From a virus (taxonomy: Duplodnaviria > Caudoviricetes): DNA of 64,000 nucleotides. Positions 54,560 to 63,039 of the stretch are shown here, in pieces (position 1 is the first letter of the stretch; every line of letters begins with the position of its first letter). The position numbers were made by a program, and so were the translations under genes. Under the pieces are notes generated by a model that saw only the letters and a program-made list of their open reading frames with translations, did not search any database and had not been told where the DNA came from. The stretch lies in IMG/VR virus record IMGVR_UViG_3300033145_002422, one strand, 5' to 3'.

Positions 54560-54637
54560 ATTTAATGCCTCCTTATTATCTTTTTCGGAAAAAGTGACGA
54601 AAATAATGATAGAATAATAAAAACGGAGGATAATTAT

Positions 54638-54880
54638 ATGTATTATAAAGAGGCTATAGAAAAAGCAATACATTGGAGAAGCGGGGTCGAAGAAGTTGTA
54701 TTTCCAGAAATAATGTTATATTTAGCGGCAATTATTCATAATGATCCAGATGCTGAAGTTTTTCGTGAATTATGTAAGATAAAAGCAATGCATAGAGAAT
54801 ATTATGATTTATATGAAAAGTTAGATCAAAAATATTCAAAATATATTTATATTGATGGAGATAGTTATGAATCTGGATGA
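54638..54880 (+). CDS. Hypothetical protein
   Basis: SD ggagg; TGnTAGAAT extended -10-like element at 54607-54615. Confidence 0.55.
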   Translation: MYYKEAIEKAIHWRSGVEEVVFPEIMLYLAAIIHNDPDAEVFRELCKIKAMHREYYDLYEKLDQKYSKYIYIDGDSYESG

Positions 54881-55487
54881 TAAAGCAAAAAATATTAAAT
54901 TATTAATTATTGACATTGACGGAACGATTACCAACGGAGATTATCAGGTTAATGAAGATGGAAAGGTTACGAAATCTTTTTATACGAGAGATTTTTCTTA
55001 TATAGAAAAAATACTTAAAATGGGTGATTTTCCAATATGCGTATTACTGTTGACAAGTTCTTGGGATAATTGCATAGTTAATAAATATATGAAACTCTCA
55101 TATTGTGATAGATGGAACTTTTTACTTAAAATTCATATAGAAGATAAAAAGAAATATATCGAAGAAGAAATTATCCAAGTAAAAAATAAAAGTCCTTTTA
55201 GCATAGTTTGTGATAATAGTGATGATATGACAGTAAAAACAATAGAAAAGAAACATCCTTATTTAAATGTTTTTTCTAGAATTACTTGGGATAATATTGC
55301 CTATATTGGCGATGGCATAAATGATTTGGAGTCTATGAAATTGGCTTCTATAACAGGATGCCCAGAAGATGCTGAAGAAGAAATTAAAGAAGAATCTCAT
55401 TTTGTATCGAAATGTAATGGTGGAAGAGGAGCAGTAGCTGAATTTATAAAATATCTGATTTCTCTTAGGGAGACTAAAAATGAGTAA
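54867..55487 (+). CDS. HAD phosphatase, KdsC/YrbI (KDO-8-P/KDN-9-P phosphatase) family
   Basis: IKLLIIDIDGTITNG, KSFYTRD, AYIGDGIND, CPEDA, GGRGAVAEF. Confidence 0.88.
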   Translation: MNLDDKAKNIKLLIIDIDGTITNGDYQVNEDGKVTKSFYTRDFSYIEKILKMGDFPICVLLLTSSWDNCIVNKYMKLSYCDRWNFLLKIHIEDKKKYIEEEIIQVKNKSPFSIVCDNSDDMTVKTIEKKHPYLNVFSRITWDNIAYIGDGINDLESMKLASITGCPEDAEEEIKEESHFVSKCNGGRGAVAEFIKYLISLRETKNE

Positions 55488-55995
55488 AATTACTTTAAGA
55501 AAATGGCAAGAAGCGGTTTTTGATTGGTTTAACGAGTATGATTTGTATTCTGGGTCTGAGGCTATGCAGTCTTTGCAGCAGTTTGAAGTAAATTCCTTAT
55601 CATCTGTAAACATAAAGATGCCTAAAGGATACGGTCATACTTTTTTAACTGCATATTTGTCTGAGATGCTTCCTTTTAGTTGTGAAACTGCTTCAGTTGT
55701 GATTGTCTATTTTGATATGGATCATCTTAAAGAAATAGAAAAATACAAGAATGATATAGATAATAATTTAGATGTTATTTTAGAAACAGATAAAAAACCT
55801 ATTTATATTTCTGTTTATGAATTTTATTATGCAATAAATGAAAATTCTCATTCTCAAGATTCTTCTAATCTTATGAAGTTAAAAACAAAGATAAATGGGA
55901 ACATTATTGTTATTGATAGGGCGTCAAGTTTGCCAAATCAAGTGAGAGATTTTATATTAACTGTAGCTACTAATGCTACTGTATTTTTAGGATAA
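55480..55995 (+). CDS. Degenerate P-loop NTPase-like protein
   Basis: LRKWQ, MPKGYGHT (Walker A K>H), IIVIDRA (Walker B E>R). Confidence 0.45.
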   Translation: MSKITLRKWQEAVFDWFNEYDLYSGSEAMQSLQQFEVNSLSSVNIKMPKGYGHTFLTAYLSEMLPFSCETASVVIVYFDMDHLKEIEKYKNDIDNNLDVILETDKKPIYISVYEFYYAINENSHSQDSSNLMKLKTKINGNIIVIDRASSLPNQVRDFILTVATNATVFLG

Positions 55996-56006
55996 GGAGA
56001 AAGTCA

Positions 56007-56471
56007 ATGGCTATGAGTGTTACTAGTAAGAAGATAAGGGCAAAGAGACTTGGAGATGTAACAAAAGTTTTTAATAAAAAGAAGCATCATAAAGCTGCGC
56101 TAGAATACAATCATATTAGAGTACAGTTTCCTGATGGAAAAGAAAAGAGTCTTCTTTTTACGGATTTTCAATTAACGAGAGCATTTTATAGGGCGCAGAA
56201 AAATGAAGAAGATTTGCCAGCTAAAACATGGATTCATGATATGGTGGACGATATGGATATCGGAGATAGAATAGCTGATTTGCAGAAAGTTATTAATCAG
56301 AAAAAACTTCCAGCCGCTGCTGCAATTTATAATCATATTAGAGTTGATTTCAATGATTTGCATATTCATTTATTGTTTACTGATAATGATATTAAAGATG
56401 CATTGAAAAGAGCAGAAAAAAATCCTGAAGATTTGCCAAAAGTGAATTGGATAAGAGATATACTTGATTAA
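56007..56471 (+). CDS. Hypothetical protein made of two tandem ~70-aa repeats
   Basis: YNHIRV.F....LLFTD......RA.KN.EDLP...WI.D..D occurs twice. Confidence 0.7.
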   Translation: MAMSVTSKKIRAKRLGDVTKVFNKKKHHKAALEYNHIRVQFPDGKEKSLLFTDFQLTRAFYRAQKNEEDLPAKTWIHDMVDDMDIGDRIADLQKVINQKKLPAAAAIYNHIRVDFNDLHIHLLFTDNDIKDALKRAEKNPEDLPKVNWIRDILD

Positions 56472-56486
56472 TTAAGGAGAACTGTA

Positions 56487-56693
56487 ATGAATATTTGTGA
56501 TGATGGACACGATGAAGTAGTTTATAATTCAGATGATTGCCCTTTATGCCAATTAATGAAAGAAGTAGATGAATTAAATGAAAAACTTTCAGATAAAGAT
56601 GATATAATAGAATCATTAGAAGATGAAATTAATGATTTAGATCAAGATATAGAAAAATTGCAAGAGGATAAGTCGCAAGAGGATAAGTCATAA
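56487..56693 (+). CDS. Small Cys/coiled-coil phage protein
   Basis: CDDGH..CPLC then heptads; SD aaggag. Confidence 0.55.
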   Translation: MNICDDGHDEVVYNSDDCPLCQLMKEVDELNEKLSDKDDIIESLEDEINDLDQDIEKLQEDKSQEDKS

Positions 56694-56715
56694 GCTTAAT
56701 TTTAAGGAGATAATT

Positions 56716-56898
56716 ATGAGTGAACAAAAATGGAAAGAACGAGCTGAAGCTTTGTGGCAATTATTAGATGATATAGATACCTTAGATGATGCAGTAAAGA
56801 ATGATGATACAGAATTTCGCAGATTAGCGTTAGAATATTCTTATAAGAGGAATGCAATTCTTTACAGCCCAGATGGGTATAAACTTGTTGTAGATTAA
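56716..56898 (+). CDS. Small hypothetical phage protein
   Basis: LWQLLDDIDT..D motif; SD aaggag. Confidence 0.55.
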   Translation: MSEQKWKERAEALWQLLDDIDTLDDAVKNDDTEFRRLALEYSYKRNAILYSPDGYKLVVD

Positions 56899-56920
56899 TT
56901 TTGATATCTAGAAATTATAT

Positions 56921-57340
56921 ATGGGGGGGTTAATAGTTATTAGCGAATTTCATTCATGCACGATTTCTCTCACGGATAATCAATGTATTATAGAAGCATT
57001 GGTTGAAATGGGATATAAACCTAAAGTTAGCGATAAACCTCAAAATCTTTATGGATATCTTGGAGATAAAAGAGAACAAAAAGCTCATATTATAATTCCA
57101 CGTTCACAGATAACCAATGCCAGTAATGATATAGGTTTTGAGAAAATTGGTAAAAACTATATTGTTCATATCAGTCAATATGATGAACAAATACATAGTT
57201 TTGATATAGATAAGTTGAAGCAGTTATATGGAAAACACAGGATAAAGAAATTTGTTAAAATGAAAACTGGGAAATATAATATTAAGAGTCAAAAGGTAAA
57301 GAAAGATGGAACTATAGAAATAATTATTAGAACCTTATAA
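56921..57340 (+). CDS. DUF1257 (Ycf35-like) protein
   Basis: ALVEMGY...LYGYLGD.R.QKAHIIIPR......NDIGF.....Y..HIS.YD. Confidence 0.7.
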   Translation: MGGLIVISEFHSCTISLTDNQCIIEALVEMGYKPKVSDKPQNLYGYLGDKREQKAHIIIPRSQITNASNDIGFEKIGKNYIVHISQYDEQIHSFDIDKLKQLYGKHRIKKFVKMKTGKYNIKSQKVKKDGTIEIIIRTL

Positions 57341-57352
57341 AAGGAGAGCAAT

Positions 57353-57952
57353 ATGTCGCAAAAAATAAGCAGAAAAATAAAGGAAAGGCAAAAAAGAAAA
57401 AATAGAAAAAAGCAAGAATCTGAGTTACTTCAGAAAAATGCACAAATAAGAACAAGAGTCATTAAGTTTGATGCGCCAATGTTATATTCTCCAGCGTTGG
57501 ATATATTGGGTAAAGAACATTTTGAAAAGATTAACAGTGATTTTGGATTTAATATTCTTAATAGATTAAAGAGAACGGTTATCGCTTTTAAAAATGGTGC
57601 TGGACTTTCTGCTAATCAAATTAATCTTCCATATAATGTTTCTGTTTTAAGATTTGATACAAAGAATAATGATACATTTGTTATGATTAATCCAAAAATC
57701 GTTGAACATGGCGAAGACATGGAGGAAGAAATAGAAGGATGTTTGTCATTCCCTGAGTATTATACAAAAATTAAAAGATATCATAACATAAAGGTTGAAT
57801 ATTTTGATGAGAATTTTGAGAAGAAGACTGCTAATTATCATGGATATGAAGCGAGAGTTGTTCAGCATGAATTAGATCATAACCTTGGCAAGCCATGCCT
57901 TGGTGAATTTTATAGACAAGAGAAAGAAAAATCTTTATTAAAAAGAACATAA
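57353..57952 (+). CDS. def: Peptide deformylase
   Basis: GAGLSANQI, EGCLS, QHELDH motifs. Confidence 0.93.
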   Translation: MSQKISRKIKERQKRKNRKKQESELLQKNAQIRTRVIKFDAPMLYSPALDILGKEHFEKINSDFGFNILNRLKRTVIAFKNGAGLSANQINLPYNVSVLRFDTKNNDTFVMINPKIVEHGEDMEEEIEGCLSFPEYYTKIKRYHNIKVEYFDENFEKKTANYHGYEARVVQHELDHNLGKPCLGEFYRQEKEKSLLKRT

Positions 57953-57972
57953 AAATAATCCGATAAATATAC

Positions 57973-58755
57973 ATGGAGATTTTAACAAGAGATAGTTTTT
58001 TATCAAGAAAAAAAAGTGATACTATAGTTATATATGGAAGCGGTTATTCTATTAATGATATTACTGAAGATCAGTGGAGTAAACTAAACCAATTTGATAG
58101 TATAGGATTTAACTGGTTTCTTAAGAGTAGGAGACCAGTTACTTTTTATTTATTGAGAGAGCAGGATATTTGGAGGAAAAATGGAACAGGAGACGAATCT
58201 AGAAGAGAGTTAAGGGATATATTAAATCAGTGTTATATAGATACATGTTGCATAGTTGTTGATCTCTCTAAATCCCACCACAAGTGGCAAACGACAGAAC
58301 ACTATGGTAAACCTATATATCAAAAACATATTAATCTGTCAGGCGTTATTGTAAAGGAAATTTTTGCTAAAAAAAGTTTGACTAAATACATAAAAAATAA
58401 AAACAGTAAAAAAGTATTATGCGATTGTTTCGAATCCCATGATATATTTGATAATGGTCTTATATATGATTTTTGCTCCTTAGTCAGTGTACTCCATTTG
58501 GTTACTTTTTTACAATATAAAAGAATAATATTTGCTGGTATCGATTTATACGATCATAGATACTTTTGGCTTAAAAGTAATAAGTTACGAACTGCTACAA
58601 GGGAAAAGGGGCGATTATTAGATTCAAAACATTTTGTTGCTGATTATACGTGTAGAGTAGTTGGTACTTATAGTAAATATTTTAAAAATGTTGATATTTC
58701 GGTATTGAATCCGAAATCTCTTTTAACTAAAAAAATAAAAACATGGAGTTTTTAA
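57973..58755 (+). CDS. DUF115/Maf- or sialyltransferase-like protein
   Basis: TIVIYGSGYSI, SIGFN, LQYKRIIFAGIDLY. Confidence 0.6.
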   Translation: MEILTRDSFLSRKKSDTIVIYGSGYSINDITEDQWSKLNQFDSIGFNWFLKSRRPVTFYLLREQDIWRKNGTGDESRRELRDILNQCYIDTCCIVVDLSKSHHKWQTTEHYGKPIYQKHINLSGVIVKEIFAKKSLTKYIKNKNSKKVLCDCFESHDIFDNGLIYDFCSLVSVLHLVTFLQYKRIIFAGIDLYDHRYFWLKSNKLRTATREKGRLLDSKHFVADYTCRVVGTYSKYFKNVDISVLNPKSLLTKKIKTWSF

Positions 58756-59525
58756 TGAGCGATATAAGAATTGTAACATTGGCTGATTTTAAATATTTCA
58801 AGTATGTTAAAGCGCTAGTGAATAGTATAAGTCAAAATCTTTCAGTAGTAAAAGTTCATGTATATTTAGTTAATTTAACTAAAGAGCATGGACAGGTTTT
58901 GCAATCTATCCATCCTAATTTAGAATATACTATAGAGGATGTTAAGTTCCAGTGCGATTTACAAAAAAAGTGTTATTGTACTAATAGACGAAGTAAAATA
59001 TTAAATGATCTTAGGAAAAGCACTAAAGATATTCTGGTTTGGTTAGATGCGGATTCCTTGGTAGTAAAAAAAATTCCAGAGTTTATAGATTTTGTGCAAG
59101 ATTGCGATTTATCTGTTAGATTTAAAAATGATTCTGATTTGAATAACAATAAAAAAAAGAAGAAGAAGCCAAGAGGATTCATGGCTGGTTTAATTGTTGT
59201 TGGTAATTCAGAAAATGCAAGAATGTTTACCGAGATGTATGATGAAATGCTTTCTCAAAATAGTTATAAAAAAGTTAAAATAAATTATACATGTCCAATT
59301 GCCAGATTACCATTACCAATCAAAGTAGTATGGATGGCTAATCAGGATATATTATTTAAGGTTTATAAGAGAATAAAGGATAAGAATAATTTTTATTTTA
59401 AACCTCTTCCTCAAGAATATTTGGATTGTTCTTTTAGCGATAAAACTGCTATATGGTCGGTCAAAGCAAGTAATCGTAGTGATAAGAAGTTCAATAAAAT
59501 ATTTCAAAAATATAAAATAAAATAG
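58755..59525 (+). CDS. GT-A glycosyltransferase (GT8/GT77-like)
   Basis: WLDADS DXD, FMAGLI, NQDIL. Confidence 0.7.
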   Translation: MSDIRIVTLADFKYFKYVKALVNSISQNLSVVKVHVYLVNLTKEHGQVLQSIHPNLEYTIEDVKFQCDLQKKCYCTNRRSKILNDLRKSTKDILVWLDADSLVVKKIPEFIDFVQDCDLSVRFKNDSDLNNNKKKKKKPRGFMAGLIVVGNSENARMFTEMYDEMLSQNSYKKVKINYTCPIARLPLPIKVVWMANQDILFKVYKRIKDKNNFYFKPLPQEYLDCSFSDKTAIWSVKASNRSDKKFNKIFQKYKIK

Positions 59526-59539
59526 GAATTTAAATTAAT

Positions 59540-60373
59540 ATGAAAAAGAAAAAGACTATTAATAAGAAAATTTTATCTTCTCATGTTGTATTTTCGCATG
59601 ATACTAATAATACTGGAGATCTTTTTACTATTTTGACTGCTGCTCGAAACACTAAAAAATATTTAGATGATTGGGCTAGTTCTATAGTTGATCAGACTTA
59701 TAGACCTCTTGAAGTTGTAGTAGTAGATGATTGTTCCGAAGATGGTACTAAAAAAAAGCTCATAGAATTATGTAAGATTTTTGTTAAAAATAATATTCAA
59801 GTTAGATTTATTAGAAATTCTGTTAAAAGCGGTTGTGGTACTAGTTATGCTGTTGCTATGGATTATGCAAATGGAAAGTTTTTTGGAGTATTAGATTCTG
59901 ATGATATGTTGAAAAGTTTTTCGACAGAATATATTGTGGGACTCTATAGAGAATATACAGATGTAGCATGGATATATACCCAATTTAATAAATATAATGA
60001 AAAGATGAAATTTTTAAAAATAGGTTGTTCCAGGCACCCTGGACCACGTTCTTTGTTAGAACTGGGAGAAATACAAGCGTATTCTCATTGGAGGACTTTT
60101 TCAGATCGTATAGTTGAACGAGATACATTGTTTAAACGTGGTTTAAAGGGCGCTGTAGATAAATATTTAGGATATAGATTAGAAGAGTTAGGAACTGGTA
60201 TGTTTGTAGATAGAGTTTGTTATAAATACAGAAAACGTAAAAATTCTATAACAACTACTCCTCAATTATATATAAGAGGAATTTGGAGAAAAATGATAAA
60301 ATCATTCCGGAACAGTAGAAGCAAAAATATTAAGGTTTATCCAATTCTATTTTATGATGGGAAAAAGAAATGA
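59540..60373 (+). CDS. Glycosyltransferase family 2
   Basis: QTYRPLEVVVVDDCSEDGT, VLDSDD. Confidence 0.85.
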   Translation: MKKKKTINKKILSSHVVFSHDTNNTGDLFTILTAARNTKKYLDDWASSIVDQTYRPLEVVVVDDCSEDGTKKKLIELCKIFVKNNIQVRFIRNSVKSGCGTSYAVAMDYANGKFFGVLDSDDMLKSFSTEYIVGLYREYTDVAWIYTQFNKYNEKMKFLKIGCSRHPGPRSLLELGEIQAYSHWRTFSDRIVERDTLFKRGLKGAVDKYLGYRLEELGTGMFVDRVCYKYRKRKNSITTTPQLYIRGIWRKMIKSFRNSRSKNIKVYPILFYDGKKK

Positions 60374-61320
60374 GACCAGTAATCTATTTAGCTAAAGAAG
60401 GTTTTGTAGGAGGTCCGAGAAGTTTTAGAGATAGGTTACGTGCTATTTTGAAGACGATGCCAGAAGTATCGATAACGAATAATCTTGATAAGTTTGATGT
60501 TGAATTAGCTTTTATACGGTCAAAAAATAAAAGCAAGAAACCAACTGTTCTTAGAGTAGATGGGTGTTATTACCGCAAAAAAGATTTATTTAAAAATAAT
60601 GATATAATTAAATCTATAAAAAATGCAAAATATGTAATATTTCAATCTAATTTTTCTGCCGAGATGTGTAAAAAAATTATGAAAGTAAATCCTAAGAATT
60701 GTAGTATTATCTATAATGGTATTGATAAAAAGTTTATAGATTCTATTATTCCAGATAAAACTGTAGAACCTGGTTCTTTTGTGGCATGTTCAAATACATG
60801 GAAAAGAAGACCTAATAAAAGAGCAAAATCAATTCTTGGAGGATTTTTGAAAGCTGGAATAGATAAACATTTGTATATTATAGGAAAATATCATAATGAA
60901 TGGAAAGATTCTGAATATAAGCATCCACGTATCCATTTTTGTGGATTAAAATCCGCAAAAAAGGTGTTACCAATTGTTAAAGCTTGTGATTATCAAATTC
61001 ATTTATGTCATATTGATTCATGTCCTAATGCGGTTGTAGAGGGGCTTGCTTGCGGATTAAATGTTCTTTGTACGAATTTGGGTGGTACCCAGGAAATCGT
61101 TGGAGATAATGGAGTTGTTTTGGATGTGGATAAATGGGATTTTAAACCGCTATCTGAAGATATATTTGAAAATTTAGATAACCTTAATCTAAATGATGTG
61201 GCAGAAGGAATACATAGGCTTATGAAAATTACAGAAAGAACGAATAGGCCAGATTTAAATATTTATGGAAAAGCAAAACAATATGTTGAAATTTTATTAA
61301 AGGTGGGAAATGGAATATAA
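60370..61320 (+). CDS. Glycosyltransferase family 4
   Basis: GGPRSF, IIYNGID, DSCPNAVVEGLACG...GGTQE. Confidence 0.85.
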   Translation: MRPVIYLAKEGFVGGPRSFRDRLRAILKTMPEVSITNNLDKFDVELAFIRSKNKSKKPTVLRVDGCYYRKKDLFKNNDIIKSIKNAKYVIFQSNFSAEMCKKIMKVNPKNCSIIYNGIDKKFIDSIIPDKTVEPGSFVACSNTWKRRPNKRAKSILGGFLKAGIDKHLYIIGKYHNEWKDSEYKHPRIHFCGLKSAKKVLPIVKACDYQIHLCHIDSCPNAVVEGLACGLNVLCTNLGGTQEIVGDNGVVLDVDKWDFKPLSEDIFENLDNLNLNDVAEGIHRLMKITERTNRPDLNIYGKAKQYVEILLKVGNGI

Positions 61321-62020
61321 GGTATCTGTTGTTGTTACATTATATAATTACAAGAAATACATTGTTGATTGTATAAACTCTTTTATTAAGCAGGATTTTA
61401 ATGATTCCGAAATGGTTATTGTTGACGATGCATCAACTGATAATCCTCAAGATGTTATTAAACCATTTTTATCTGATAGGATAAGGTATATTCTACTGGA
61501 TGAAAACCAGGGATATTCTCACGCCAAGAATGTTGGGATTAAGGCAACTAAGTCGGAGATATTGGTTATGCTTGATGCTGATGATATGCTGACATTCAAC
61601 AGCATAACAAAGCGTTACGAAAAAATGTTGGAAGGTTTTGATTTTGTTCATGGGCCTGCTCTAGATTTAAAGAGGGGCAATCTATCCAAATCTAGAATGT
61701 GGAATGATTGGAAGAAAAAGCGTATTTTTAAGTATGTTCATGCTCAAAGTATCATGTTGAAAAAAGATATCCACAGAAAGATAGGGCTGTATGATGAGGA
61801 GTTAAGAAGCAAGTCAGATAGGGAGATGTTCGCTCGTATTTTTCATCATGGTTTTGCTACTTCTTTTGTCAAGAGTACGGTGGCTATTTATCGGCATCAT
61901 CCTAAACAGATGCATAGATCAAAAGAGAAGTTGCGTATTAATGAAAAGCTTCAACGTCAGGTTTTAAAAAAGATAAATAAAAGAAAGCATGATTTGTCTG
62001 GTTTGGAAATGCTAGAATAA
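61310..62020 (+). CDS. Glycosyltransferase family 2
   Basis: VSVVVTLYN, IVDDASTD, LDADD, GLYDE...DREM. Confidence 0.88.
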   Translation: MEYKVSVVVTLYNYKKYIVDCINSFIKQDFNDSEMVIVDDASTDNPQDVIKPFLSDRIRYILLDENQGYSHAKNVGIKATKSEILVMLDADDMLTFNSITKRYEKMLEGFDFVHGPALDLKRGNLSKSRMWNDWKKKRIFKYVHAQSIMLKKDIHRKIGLYDEELRSKSDREMFARIFHHGFATSFVKSTVAIYRHHPKQMHRSKEKLRINEKLQRQVLKKINKRKHDLSGLEMLE

Positions 62021-62037
62021 ATATAAGGGATAATTAT

Positions 62038-63039
62038 ATGCAGGTTAAACCTAGAAGTTATACTGAGTTAGTTGGTGCCAGCAATGGTAAGTTGCAGACA
62101 ATGAAAACTCTAGTTCTTCGCAAACCATTGAGCCTTAATAAGCAAAATCAGAAACTTAAAAAACCATCTATCTGCATTGTTTGTAATTATACATTTTATG
62201 AAAAAAAAATGAATTGGAGTAAAAAAGTAAAAGCTATTTGTCATCCATTCCATAATGATAATATATTCCCATCTTCAATTCCAAAGTTTTTGTTATCAGA
62301 ATCTGATTTTTGTGATCAATTAGTAACAGTTACTAATGTTAAAAAATCAAAATTTGAAAAAATGAAATATGATTTTATATATTTTACTTTACTATCAACC
62401 CAGGGAATAAATTGCAAAGGTTTGTATATGCTTGATATTATTAATAATGCGGCTGTTGACGCTGGACTTAAGGGGCTAATCGTTAATTACAATTCTGGTT
62501 CATCTAATACAAAAAAATATAAAACTCAACTTAATGATTTGAAATTAGCTAAAAGTAGATGGAAGAATCTTAGTAGTTGCAAATGTATGTCTCAATGTTT
62601 GACAGGTGGAAGCGTATGTGCAGCAATGAAAGCGGCAAAATTTGTTTTATTTCCTAATACATCAGATGCTAGCCCTCGACTTATCGTAGAATCAATAGTT
62701 AGAGGTAGACCAGTATTGGTTAATGAGAATATATATGGGGGTTGGAAATATATTAATAAAAATACAGGAAGGTTTTTTAAAGCTCCTTCTATTGAAGAAT
62801 ATAAGAAATGTGATTTATCTGCTTATACAAAAAAATTGAGTGAATCGATGAAATCTATGACTGAAATAGATCAAAAAAAAATAAAACCTGAATATTACAA
62901 AGAATATGGTTTTTTGAATACAAGTAAAAGACTTGCTGATATAATTTATCAGACAACTGGTGAAAAATATGATTTAGTTTGTTTTAAAGAATGGAAAGAA
63001 ATTTTGAGAGGAGTTGCAAAGAATGAAGGTTTCATTTAA
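62038..63039 (+). CDS. GT-B glycosyltransferase-like protein
   Basis: FPNTSDASPRLIVESIVRGRPVL..GG. Confidence 0.65.
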   Translation: MQVKPRSYTELVGASNGKLQTMKTLVLRKPLSLNKQNQKLKKPSICIVCNYTFYEKKMNWSKKVKAICHPFHNDNIFPSSIPKFLLSESDFCDQLVTVTNVKKSKFEKMKYDFIYFTLLSTQGINCKGLYMLDIINNAAVDAGLKGLIVNYNSGSSNTKKYKTQLNDLKLAKSRWKNLSSCKCMSQCLTGGSVCAAMKAAKFVLFPNTSDASPRLIVESIVRGRPVLVNENIYGGWKYINKNTGRFFKAPSIEEYKKCDLSAYTKKLSESMKSMTEIDQKKIKPEYYKEYGFLNTSKRLADIIYQTTGEKYDLVCFKEWKEILRGVAKNEGFI

